Assembly: GCA_964016885.1 (NCBI GenBank)
Contig: OZ024743.1
Coordinates: forward strand, 318,060,001 to 318,124,000
Direction: 5' to 3'
Length of the DNA: 64,000 nt
Source of the DNA: Eledone cirrhosa
Taxonomy: Eukaryota
Both the position numbers and the translations under genes were made by a program. Below are positions 38,585-50,915 of this stretch, one piece after another. Position 1 is the first letter of the stretch. Every line of letters begins with the position of its first letter. The notes beneath the pieces were generated by a model that was not told the DNA's origin, did not search any database, and was given only the letters and a program-made list of their open reading frames with translations.

Positions 38585-39192
38585 TCGACATTAAAATCCA
38601 AAGGGGGTTCGATAAGGATAAATATATATCAGATATCAGAACCGTAGAGCAAATACGTGTATGTACATATTTGGATGTGTGTATGTATATATTTAATTTC
38701 AATTACCTCTGTATTTAATTTACTTTTAACTCTTAACTCTGAAGCCGAGAATCATTTGGTTTCCTAAATAGAATTTTAGTCTACGACTTCAGTTATACCA
38801 TTTACGTGGTTTTGTCTTTGCGTGTTATTGTTCTCACCACTCCACATAATGACGTATTATCTTCGTTTTTTCCATTCATTGCCAGAGAACGTCTCCATGA
38901 ACCACCTAATAGAATATTAGTCTACGACTTCTTTTATACCATAAACGTGGTTTTGTCTTTGCGTGTAATTGTTTTTCACCGCACCAAATAATGACGTATT
39001 ATATTTGTTTTTTTCCGTTCTTTGCCAGGGAACGTTTCCACGAACCAAAGTATCATCTTCCTGTCTTCCTTCGGTTGCAACGTTTTTTGAAATATTTATT
39101 TCTACGTTCACAGCTTGACTTTTATAGTTTCAGAAGATCCCATTAAGAGTGAAAGCAGCGATTCTTTGCTTAAACTTTAATCTGTTATTTTA

Positions 39193-39200
<8 letters not shown>
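38585..39200. mobile_element. Solo pLTR of the first Penelope-like family, with an inverted terminal segment
   Basis: 38730-39200 (+) matches 4610-5048; 38590-38655 is the reverse complement of 5045-5112. Confidence 0.85.
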
Positions 39201-39238
<38 letters not shown>

Positions 39239-39293
39239 ATATATATGTGTGTGTGGGGGTTATGATTTTCCTTTTTTCCCTCCATTTTTCTAG

Positions 39294-39435
39294 GCAAAAG
39301 TAGAATGTCTTGAAACACTGAACTTGGGTAACAATAACATCACAAATGAAGGAATTCATTCTTTAAAAGAAGGATTACTAAAGAGTAAATCTCTAGTACG
39401 ACTCGGTTTGCAAAATACAAAGATTTCATGTGAAG
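39294..39435 (+). CDS. PPP1R37: PPP1R37-like exon 8
   Basis: ttctag|GCAAAA...TGTGAAG|gtaatt; AKVECLETLNLGNNNITNEGIHSLKEGLLKSKSLVRLGLQNTKISCE. Confidence 0.9.
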
Positions 39436-39489
39436 GTAATTTGCTGAAATTCATTTTGTTGAAATTCTCTATTTTACATGTACATATAA

Positions 39490-40495
39490 CAAAAAGCACC
39501 CAGTCTGCCCTGTAAAGTAGTCGTGTTGGTTATTTTGGTGACACAATAAATAGCACCCAGTCTGCAGTATAAATGTGGTTGGCATTAGGAAGGGCATCCA
39601 GCTGTAGAAATCAAGCCAGAAACAGATCTGTATGAGCAAGACATGGCCACCTGATCTGAATTGTGTGGAAAATGGACATTAAGCGGTGATGATGATGATA
39701 TAAGTTCCAGGAGCTACTACCTCTGTTGACAACAAAGGGTCTCTCTTTACAAGTGAAAGGCAAGTTGTGTGATGCTTGCATGAAGAGTGCAATGTTGCAT
39801 GCTAGTGAGATATGGCCGATAAATGCAGAGGATAAGCAAAGGGTGGAGATAAATGAAGCAAGCATGCTCCTATAAATGTGTAATGTTAATGTGCATGGAT
39901 GAGCTGACAGAAGGTGAATATGATGTAGTCTGCAAGAAAGAAGAATGCACTGGTATGGATATGTGATGCTTATAGAATGATGATCGTTGGCTGAAGAAAT
40001 GCCAAGAGATCCCAGTGGAAGGAAGCTGCAGTAGTGGAAGATGGAGGAAGAGCTGGTTAGAAGTGGTGAGAGCTGATCTCAAAATGCTGAACCTCACAGA
40101 GGAGATAGCACAGTAATACAATGAGTTAAGGCTGGCTATGCTAGCAAAGACTTGTCTAACCCATGCAATATTGTTGATGATGATGATATCATCTAAGAAG
40201 AATGGTGCCCAGTCCACATTGTAGAGTGGTAATGTTGGTGACGCATCAAAAAGTGCCCAGTTTACCATGTAAAGTGGTTGTGTTGGTGACACAACAAAAA
40301 GCACCCAGTACACACTGTAAAATGGTTGTTTTAGTGCCATGACAAAAAGCTCCCAGTCCATGTTGAAAACGGGGTTGGCATTAAGAAGGATAAACCAAAC
40401 CAAAAACAATTCTGTATGAGTAAGATGCAGGCATCTGATCTGACTTGTCTAACTCATGTTAGTGTGGGGAAAATGGTGATGATAATGATAATGAA
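39490..40495 (+). mobile_element. Stack of old RTE fragments and tails
   Basis: Tail 39490-39697; degenerate RT C-terminus 39700-40187; tandem-unit tail 40200-40495. Confidence 0.75.
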
Positions 40496-40726
40496 CTGCC
40501 TTATTGATCCTACATAATGCATATGATACAGTACAGATATTATAATACTTCTATGCAGATCATGCATTTGAGACTATCAATTATATTAAAAATAATTTTA
40601 CTACTTATTTCAATGGTATAAAGTTCCTATTTAAATTCATGTCTGATCTGTATATAAGATAAAGTTGAACTTGTGTTTCATATTTCACAGTAGTGCTAGC
40701 ATAGTTTTAACACTAATATAAAGATG

Positions 40727-40905
40727 TATCATCATCATCATCATTATCATGACCATCACAACCATTATCATCATCGCCATCATTATCATCATTTTCATCA
40801 CCACCTCCATCATTACTATCTTCATGAACATCACCACCAGCACCATCATGAACGTCAACACCATACCACCACCATCATCATCATTACCATCATCATCACC
40901 ATCAT
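40727..40905 (+). repeat. (CAT/CAC)n simple repeat, expanded tail of a minus-strand RTE/SINE
   Basis: Triplet repeat followed by TTTTATGTTCATTTTCCATGCTGG. Confidence 0.8.
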
Positions 40906-41239
40906 TTTATGTTCATTTTCCATGCTGGTATGGAGAAACCACATCTTACTGGTGCATTTCATAACACAACTGTCTTACAGGCATGATGGACTGGGTGCTA
41001 TGTTGCTATAGCACTAGATCACCATATGGGGTGGACATTGTTTTTGTTTTTTTAGAATAGTAGGATGGAGTGCAGATTAATATGGAACAGGAAATGTAAG
41101 ATGTGTGGTGTGGCTGACTTAATGATTGTTAGTAGTGGAATCTTTTTCTTTGATTTATTACATTAAATCTTTTTTTTTTTAATCAAATATACTATTTAAC
41201 TAAATCAATGCTTTATGAAAAATCTTCTTGTAATTGTAG

Positions 41240-41406
41240 GTGCTGTTGCTTTAGCTGAATATATTGCTGACAGTTCATACATATTGCATATTGATCTTTG
41301 TAAAAATAACATTCGAACAGCTGGTTTGATGGCGCTGTCTCTCGCATTAAAAGTCAATCAGTCATTAGTGAAGCTTGAACTGGACAAAACAACAAAGAAA
41401 GAAGTG
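41240..41406 (+). CDS. PPP1R37: PPP1R37-like exon 9
   Basis: ttgtag|GTGCTG...GAAGTG|gtaagt; GAVALAEYIADSSYILHIDLCKNNIRTAGLMALSLALKVNQSLVKLELDKTTKKEV. Confidence 0.9.
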
Positions 41407-42173
41407 GTAAGTGTTATTATTATTTTCTTTTTATTATTTCAAAGCTTGGCTGTTCACGCTTGAGGAAACAGCAGGATCAATTAGAGACAGTTGTTTCTGA
41501 CAAGACACACTGGAAGGTGTCCTTGCTTCTGATGGGACCCACTGGAAGGCATGTTTGAGGACTCTGCTCCCATGATCTTTCCAGGAATAAGTGGGTAAAG
41601 AAAAAGAAGAGCTAAGCCCTGAGTTTATAATCCCTTGAGATCTATATAATTTATAAACTTATCAGCTGTACTCTCTTCTCTGATTCCAACTATAGCCATG
41701 ACGTTAAAATGTTTTTCATATTTTGCTCAAATTTTATGATACTAAGTTGTTTATTTAATTTAATGAAGTATAAATTCAATGAACTTTTTTGCAAAATCCT
41801 TTAAAAAATTTAGTTTTGAACCTTCACTGAAAATTTCATGTTTTTATCTTTATTATTTATAAATTTAAGAGTAATTTTTGTACTGACATTTTAAAATAAC
41901 TATTGTTGTGTATTCCCTAACTGGTTTAAGTAACTAAAATATGCATGTGTGGAGCCGCTATAGTAGCCAATCCACTTTGTGCATTTCCAAATCTATACAC
42001 ATCAATTGTTTTTATTTTGAACTGTTTTCATTTCACATTTGAAATATCATGTTGAAATATACTGGATAAAACATTACTTTGTTTTGTTTTATTTGTCATC
42101 CTTTGCCCTTTATATATTTCTACTGCATTGTACGGGCTTTTTGAAACTTATCTGTCTTTTTTGTTTATTATAG

Positions 42174-43236
42174 GCTGTGAAAGATTATGCTAACCAACAA
42201 CAACGTCTTCTCTCAGATATTTGTAACTACTTAGAACGTAACCATGATTTATCTGTTAAAAAGGAAGAGGAACAACAAAAGAAAGCAGATGAATTAACAA
42301 AGAAACGCGAAGCAAAGAAGCTTGCTGTGCAACAGAAACAAGAGCTGGAGAGTTTAGAGTCAGCTTACTTCCCAACATGCAACAAAATTCGTCGCCCTAC
42401 ATTATTGTTTGCAACAGAACCTTCCCCCCAGAAAACTCTAGATTCCCCTGCTTTTATCACATCAGAATTCACCAGTCCTGTTAATTCTCCTTTAGTTTCA
42501 ACTGTGTCTCCAATGTCTTTTAAAACTATTACATCACCTCCTGGAGATTTTCTTTTAAGTCCACAGTATTGTGAAAAGACAAAGGCAAGAAAAATATTCA
42601 CCGTCACAAAAGTTGGTGATGTGTCACCATCATTTCAACATTCATCTCCTAGTTTACCAACGTCTCCATCTACTTTGGGAATATCTTCTCCATCTTCAGT
42701 TGATCAAGTCTTGTTAAATTTTGACCCAAATCATTCCTCAAGACAAGTGTACACTAATAAGTTTACCGAAGCTTCAGAAATTTGTAAAGAAATTGCTGCT
42801 GAAACTATCAGTGGTCTTTTTGGAATAACAGTAAAAGATACAAACATTACAAATGACAGCAGCAACAGCGAGAACAACAAAAGTTTTCAAATATTGAGTC
42901 CATCTGAAAGAATATTATCACCAACTGTAAAAACAACAGAGAATTCATCATGTGAAAATAACATCGATGCCTGTACGGATATAACAGAAATTAGTAATAA
43001 TATTAATGAATCAAATAGAAACAACACTCTTTCAAATATTAATAACAAAAAAGATTGTATAGCAAGTAACAGTAATAACAATGGAAATAGTGAGACAAAC
43101 ACTAGACAAAAACAAACTGATGCAAATAAAGCAGTTGATTCTTCTGAGTGTGCTGCCACAAGTGACACATCGGTTATTACCAACTGTGATATCAGGAATT
43201 CTTTTTCAAATGAAGATAATCAACCTCCAGGAAATA
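42174..43236 (+). CDS. PPP1R37: PPP1R37-like exon 10 (long; coiled coil then S/T/P/N-rich tail)
   Basis: ttatag|GCTGTGAAAG...GGAAATA|gtaagt; ORF 42177..43256; begins AVKDYANQQQRLLSDICNYLERN. Confidence 0.85.
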
Positions 43237-43526
43237 GTAAGTTGAAATTTTTTTAAAATATTTTTAAAATGTTATATGAAAATTTTTTTTTTTTTTTTTA
43301 ATTTTATAAATGTAATATTTTATTATTTTATTTGTTTGTTTTATATTCTTTTATTCTTTTACTGGTTTCAGTCATTAGATTGTGATCATACTAGGGCACC
43401 ATCTTGATATTATATCAACCCCAGTACATATTTTTTGTTCAAGTCTGGTACTTATTTTATCAATTTCTTTTTTTAATGAACTGCTAAGTTACGTGAATTA
43501 AACATAATCACTGAGATGTGAACAAA

Positions 43527-43593
<67 letters not shown>

Positions 43594-43615
43594 TGTTATA
43601 GTTTGGCATATGGCA

Positions 43616-43955
43616 TATGGCTTAGTGGTTAGAGCATTGGCTTTGCAATCGAAAGGTTGTGAGTTCAATTCTCAGACCGGGTGATGTGTTGTTTCCTTGA
43701 GCAAGACACTTTATTTCACATTGCTCCAGTTTACTCAGCTGTAGAAATGAGATGATAGGGACCTGGGTCCCTATCATTCCACTGCAAAGTGGTCGTGGAG
43801 GCGCCACGGAAAAAAAGCACCCAGCACTCACTGTAAATGAGGTTGGAGTTAGGAAGGGCATCCAGCTGTAGGACTCAAGCCAGAATCAGTTCCCGTCCCA
43901 CCCTTGCAAGCAGGGAAAAGCGGACGTAAAATGAAATGATGATGATGATGATGAT
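43616..43955 (+). mobile_element. Complete SINE family 2: tRNA head, central domain, RTE-derived tail
   Basis: A-box TGGCTTAGTGG, B-box GAGTTCAATTC; CCTTGAGCAAGACACTT core; GTTAGGAAGGGCATCCAGCTGTAG..GGACGTAAAA-(TGA)n. Confidence 0.85.
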
Positions 43956-45605
43956 AGTTTGGGAGTGTCATGTTGATTTTCATTTCAATTTATTATAAAG
44001 TTCCAGTTGGTTAATTTAATAACTAGATGGTTATTTATTTGCTTATTATCAAAGCTCTTTCATCACACATTCTGTGACTTCCTCAGTGACTAATATGTTA
44101 TTTTGTGTCTCTCCTTTGTTCTGTCCTACACCATCTTATTTTTGTGCGCTGTGTGCTGTGTACTTATGCTGCGCATGCGTTATATCTGTGTATGTGTGTT
44201 TATTTATTTATATGTTTATTTACTTGTCACTAGTTGGTTGCTTGTTCTATCTGTGTGTGTCTGGTATATTTATTAGTTTGGCTCTTGTGTGTCTCTGTAT
44301 GTCTTTATCTTGTCCTTAGTTACTAGTTGTGATGTTGTTGCTATTCCATTCATGTTTTCTGTTTAGTTTTGGTTAGAGTTCATTAATGTTTGTTGCTTCT
44401 GTAATCTGTTAGAGCATTTTGTTTGTTCTGAGCAGGTATATGATTTTTAACTCTATGTTCACTAGTGTGCCCCCATGTTCCATTCTGGCATATATATATA
44501 TATATATAGGGTAGATAGGGCCCTACAGTTGAGGCACTGACTGACAACCTCTTGTGCTGGTCCCAGGAAAAATGCACCCGGTACACACAGCAAGGTAATT
44601 GGTAATGGAAAGTGCATCCAGCTGTAGAATACTTGCCAAACAAAGAGTTGGAAGTACTCTTCAGTTGTGACAAAGACATGACAGCCTCCCTAGTGTTGGT
44701 GCCATTATAAATAAATGCATCATTACATTCTGTAAAGTGGTTGGTGATAGGAAGAGCATCCAGCCATAGAAATCCTGTCAAACAAAGGGCAAGAGGACTC
44801 TTCACTAAGTAGAGTGCAGGAATGTATGTAAGCAAGATACAGGCCCCTTGCTAATGTGAAAGGTCAGAAACTCCGCTTGAGTACTGACATAGTCTATGAA
44901 GAACTGTCCAACACTTTCTAGCAAGGAAGATGGACTTTAAATTAAAGCTTCTGCAAGTTCCGTTTACCAAATTCCACTCAAGGCATTAATTAACCTGAGT
45001 CTACTGTAAAAGACATTTGCCCAAAGTGTCACACAGTGCGACTGAATCCACAACTATGTGGTTGCTAAGTGAACTCCTTAACCCCACAACCATACCTACA
45101 CCTTCCTGCACCTACAATGAATGTCATACGTTATAACATTGATTTTTTTTTTATCAGAAAGGAGGCTCTGATCTACAAGCTATGCACTCTATTAAGTAAT
45201 GTTATTCCAAAGACCCTTCGGAGGAACCCCATTTCAGCCACTTGTATTCGCAATCGTATTCTTTTTGTCATTACCCAAGATTCATTGAGCCACTACTTCT
45301 CCAAATTGAGAAATTACAACTCCAATATTATGGACATGTCGTTAGAATGTCACAAGAAAGAATCGCTGAACAAATTTTACAGACAAAACCAACTGTCAGG
45401 AGACCAAGGAGTAGACCTTGAGCAAGATAGTTGGATAACATCCATAAGCTTGCCTTGTCTCGCTTGGGGATCCAACCAGATCAATTGGAGATGGTTCCTT
45501 CAGACAGGACCCACTAGAAGAAGTGTATGAGGACTCTGCCTCCATCACCCTCTCAGGAGTAAGTGGTGGAAGAAGAAAGGAGGCTGGAGAAATAAAAATG
45601 TATTT

Positions 45606-45721
45606 ATATTTCAATAACGATACTTTCAAACTGAACTTTAGAAAAACCTCTTCAAGTGCTTCACAGTGTTTATGATTCAATTATTCACTTTAAAAGACAA
45701 GATTGCTTTAAATTTCGAAAG
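45606..45721 (-). pseudogene. Antisense partial copy of host exon 3 plus its upstream intron end
   Basis: Reverse complement matches 23130-23247 at roughly 85% by eye; translates HKHCEALEEVF. Confidence 0.88.
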
Positions 45722-46988
45722 GAAAATATTCTTACCTATCTAATTAAATAAATGAAATGAAATTTATAGTACACACCTATGTAAGATTAGCTGGCTTCCT
45801 ATGAAGTTGTATCTCATAGGAGTTTTTATGGGTGCTTTAATGATAGAGTCCCCTGTCCTATCATGAAAAGCAACGGGAAATGAAGTGTCTTATACACTAT
45901 ACCAGCCAGTGCAGGAATCAGAAAGGAATCTAGGGTGATAAAGTATTTATATGTATGTTCAAGACTGTTACATGTGTTTTATGTTGTTCTGAAATAGCTG
46001 TCCTCATTGTCTCCTCACTACAAGATCATCAGAGGGTGAACTACCTGTAATATACTATCATACTATCCCAGAGGTAGAATACTTTCCTTTATATTGTCTC
46101 TTCAGTACAAGATCATCAGTGGATGAGCTACCTGTAGTCATCATCATTATCGTTTAATTTCTATCTTCTACGCTAGCATGGGTATACTATCATACTATTC
46201 AAGAGGAAGAAGACTTTCCTCTATATTGTCTCTTCAGTATAAGATCATCAGGGGATGAGCTACCTGTAATATACTATCACACTATCCCAGAGGAATATTT
46301 ATCTGTTATCTGCTTTACACTATGAAACTGGTAGTGTTATAGGCTCTCAAGATACATCAGAGGTTTGAAAAATATTTAAATTAAAAAAATGAAATTGCAG
46401 GTCGCTCCCATGCAGGTTTTCTGGCTTCCTATGAGATTGGATTTCACAGGAGGCTTTATGAGTGCTTTAATAATAGGGTCTCCAATCCTATCATGAAAAA
46501 CAATGTGAAATGAAGTGCCTTGATCAGTCCAGGTATCAAACCCACAACCTTATGATCATGAGTCCAACACCCTAATCACTAGGCTATGGACCTTCACCTA
46601 AAAATTTATCATAAAAAGAATTCCAGTGTTATGAAACATTGAAATTCTTTATATTTGTATATTTTAAAAGTTACTTAAGAAGTTGTATCTATCCAAGTTG
46701 ATAAAGATCAAAAGATCTTCTCACCATACCAGGGTTTTAGCTAGTCCATAACCGAGGCATTTAACCCTTTTCTTACCATATTCCTAATAAAATTCAAGCT
46801 GAAGTTTGGAGTTTAAACAGTGTTTTTTGTCAAAGGAACATTCTGTTGCAATGCCAGTGATAGGAATATGCAAACACACCGGCCATGAGATAAATACTTT
46901 GTATACTTGTTCATTGAGCAGATTGGTCAAAGAAAAAAAACTTTCTTTCATAAAATTATGAAAGAACGTTTTTAGATAATTTAAACAC

Positions 46989-48170
46989 TTTAACTCTTAA
47001 TATCCTGTAATGATTTAGTAGAAAGATAATTCAAGTGTTTATAGTGTTTTTACTAGTGGACAGACCACAGTATTAGAGTAAAGACTTCCATTTTTAAGCA
47101 GCCATAGTACTGTTTAGTACTTTTCACAAATGTCTTGCTAATGAAGTTTTATGTGGTGTGTTAATTCAGGTGTTTATAGTATCTTTACTAGTGGACAGAT
47201 CATTGGAAATTTTGCAATACTAGAGTAAAGACTTCTGTTTTTAATGTGATACAATGATAGTGTTGTTTTGTACCTTATCTTGCTACTGTGAGTTAATGCA
47301 GTACAGAACATTAAGAGATAAAACAAACAGTTTTATATTGTAAAAACCGGAATAGTTTCAGATGGTTTGTTATCAATAGATAGAAATATTGATAAGAAAT
47401 AATATTAATTTGGGAAGAAAAAATTTTAGCCTCATTAATACTTTTTAGAAATCAGTTCTGTTAACTCTTAAAATTCTATTTGTTAATTCAGATATTTATA
47501 GTGCCTTTATTAGTAGACAGATCATTGTTAAGTCATTAAATGTTAATGTGATAGTCATGTTTTGTATTTTTCAAGAATGTCTTACTAATTTGGATCATGT
47601 AGTTTGTTAATTCAAATATTTATAGTATCTTTACTAGTGGACATAGTGAAAATTTGCAGTATTAGAGTTCATTTGTTTATGTGATGCAGTAGAGTGCTAT
47701 TTTGTATTTTTTCAAGAATGTCTTATTAATAGAGTTTCATTAATTCAGGTATTTATAGTATATTTACTAGTGGACTGATTGATGTGAAAATTTACAGTAT
47801 TAGAGTAAAGACTTTAAATTTTAATATGACACAATCATAGTGCTGTTTCGGGCTCCTCAAGTATGTCTTGCTAATGAGGTTTTATGTGGTTTATTAAGGT
47901 TTTATAGTATCTTTACTAGTGGACAAGTCATAGTGATGTTTTGTACTTTTTCAAGAGTGTTATGCTGTGGTTTGTTAATTCAAATGTTTATATTATCTTT
48001 GCTAGTGGACTGATTGCTGTGCAAATTTGCAGTATTAGAGTAAATACTTTAATTGTTAATGTGGTAGTCATACTCCTCATATAATGAAATTATTGTGTAC
48101 AGTGCTGAGGTGCACTACAACATATGTCTTGCTAATGGGGTTTTATTTGGTACAGGATGTTAAGAGTTCA
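46989..48170. mobile_element. TTAA-flanked (piggyBac-like) MITE with internal ~120-bp tandem expansion
   Basis: TTAA-CTCTTAATATCCTGTA...TACAGGATGTTAAGAG-TTCA; ~8 units with TTTATAGTATCTTTACTAGTGGAC; a single-unit copy at 56955-57175. Confidence 0.65.
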
Positions 48171-48218
48171 GTATAACAATTTTCTTATTTGAAATATAAT
48201 TGGGACCTTCTATTTCAG

Positions 48219-48335
48219 GACTTCATGCACCACTTGAATTAAACGATGTAAGTCATGATATAACAACTATTCTTGATAGTTTGGAACTAAATAGTAACAC
48301 AACATCAGACAAGTCAAACCAGCATTTTAAAACAG
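48219..48335 (+). CDS. PPP1R37: PPP1R37-like exon 11
   Basis: tttcag|GACTTC...AAACAG|gtaag; open, phase 1/1 compatible; RLHAPLELNDVSHDITTILDSLELNSNTTSDKSNQHFKT. No recognisable homology. Confidence 0.65.
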
Positions 48336-49019
48336 GTAAGACTTAACCATGTATCCTTCTTTGCAATATTTCCAACCATCATCATCACCTTTTAATGTCT
48401 GTTTTCCAGGCTTGAATGTGTTAGATGGGCTGTCATGTTTATGAGGTTAACCAGGGCAGGTGTCCATGCCTTGCTCATATGTTCCACTAATGCCAACCAC
48501 TTTACAGAGTGTACAGGGAGCTTTTTTGTGACACCTGTATTACCACCTTACAGGGTGGTCTGAGTGCTTTTCTTGTGACTTCTGAACTGAGTGCTTTTCT
48601 TGTGACTTCTGTATTACCACCTTACAGGGTGGACTGAGTGCTTTTCTTGTGACTTCTGTATTGCCACCTTACAGGGTGGTCTGAGTGCTCTTTTTCTCAC
48701 TGATTTCTTAATCTAACAATTGTTTCACTAAGCTAAAAATAATCTTTCTCTTCACAACTAAAATACTATATTTCAACACATTTTTCTTTAACCCTTTAAT
48801 TAACATATTTCTAATGAAAAATAATAAAGAATTGGAGGGATATAGTAATATAACTAACTTTCTCATTATCAAGTTGTTGTTTGGAACATATTTTAAAAGC
48901 TTTTTACAAAAACACTGTAAAATCAGGGGTGGTTTCAGTTGTTTTGTATTAAAAGGTTAAAATATGACTATCTTTTAACAATCAAATGATGTCATGCTCT
49001 TATAGTTATTAAGTTGCTT

Positions 49020-49275
49020 ATATCATCATCCCCTTTACTACTTCCACCATCACAACCACCACCATTACCACCATCACAACCACCACCATTACCACCATCA
49101 CAACCCCCACCATTATCACCTCCACCATCACCACCACCACTACCACCATTACTACCACCATTACTACCACTACCACCACCACTACCACCATCACCACCAC
49201 CATTACCTCCACTACCTCAACCATCACCACCACCACTACCTCAACCATCACCACCACCATTATCAACATCATTGT
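49020..49275 (+). repeat. (CAC/CAT/TAC)n simple repeat
   Basis: Direct reading; source of spurious poly-Pro and poly-Val ORFs. Confidence 0.85.
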
Positions 49276-50915
49276 CATGCTTGCTCCTCCACTTCATTAA
49301 GGTTTTAAGCTGGGTTTATTACAAAGTAGATATTGATTCAGTGTTTTTTTTTGTTTTTTTTTCTGCGGTCGAAACCTTTTCAGATCTGACCCTAACCACT
49401 TCCTCAGAAAGTCTTCAGAGTTCTACATCTCCTACATCTACCGTGGTTACACTCCATCATAAACTCAGGAAACCTTTTTATTTAATATGCTTCACTTATT
49501 TACTATTTACCAGATGATGTTATTGTACATATATTGCATTTCATGCCAACTTTCTTTCTCAACTTGAGTCTTTCAAATAAATTAATGCTATGCTTTCAAC
49601 AAGAATGTATTTAGCTCATTAACCCTTTTGTTACCATATGATGATGATGATGATTTCTAATCAAAGATGGTGCCTATGTCGTTCAAATCATTTAAAAAAT
49701 AATCAAGAATTTAGAGAGATATACTAATATAACTAACTTTATCATTTTTTATCTGGTGTTTCGAGCATAGTTTAACAAATGGTCTAACATAGAATTATGA
49801 CAGAAGATTTTTAGATAAATTGATCATGCTAGTGACATGACAAAAAAGCACCCGGTCCACTCTGTAAGATGGTCATGTTGGTGATATGGCGAAAAGCATT
49901 TGGTCCACCCTGTAAGAGGGTCATGCTGATGACACAATGAAAAAGTACCCAGTTTCCTCTGAAGTTGGTCGTTTGGTGTTATGATAAAAAGCACTCAGTC
50001 AACACTGTAAATGGGGTTGGCATTAGGAAGGGCACCCAGCCGTAGAAACCAAGCCAAAAGAGTTCTGTATGAGCAAGACATGGTCACTTGATCTGACTTG
50101 TCTCACAATGTGACAACTCATCAAACCCATGTTAGTGTGGAAAATGGACTTTAAATGATGATGAGGAGGAAGATAACACTTAAAATAAAATTAGGGCTGG
50201 TTTCACTACTCTTTCATTACCATATTTCTAATGAAAGACACTTTGAAAATAATCAATAATTGGAAGGGGTATATTAATATAACTAACTTTATCTGATGTT
50301 TGGGGCTTAGCTTAACAAATGATTTTATATAAACTTATGATGGAAGGTTTTTAGATAAAGATATACACTTTAAAATAGTTTTGCATCATAGAACCAGGGT
50401 CTGTTTCAAGTGGTTTCTAATGTAATTTTATATGATTTTAAAAAATTGTTTTGAAAATAATCAAGAATGTGGAGGGATTTAGTAAAACAACTAATTTTCT
50501 AATTATTATATCTGGCATTTGGGGAATAATTTAATAAAAAGAAGGTTTAAAAAAAAAACAGATTGTATTGTAAAATCAGGAGTAGTTTCAAGTGGTTTGA
50601 TATCAAAAGGATTTGTCTTCATTTGTTGCAGATCTTCTGTACTTACCAACAACAGTTCACTGTTAAATATCATCACACTTTTTGTACAAACTGTGAAACC
50701 CTTTGCTTTTAAAAGTGGTAACAGTTATCTCAACTTCTTTCCACTCCATGTGCTTACTAGCTGCTCCACTTTTACTTTACTTTCATTATTAATTACTTGC
50801 AAGCCATCTGAATATTTCCTAATTTTTATTTATAGCTTCTTCTTCCACAAGCTACTCCTGATGCATGTAAGGGCACGATTTTAGCATTTTTTTTTTTTTG
50901 GCCCCCTTCAGTAAT

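Noticed and set aside
40724-41011. His-rich ORF (likewise Pro-rich 49014..49517 and 59057..59347 ORFs)
   Set aside because: Translations of CAT/CAC triplet repeats with no splice or homology support.
43616-43680. tRNA gene
   Set aside because: A and B boxes are present, but no convincing acceptor stem; it continues into a SINE body and tail.
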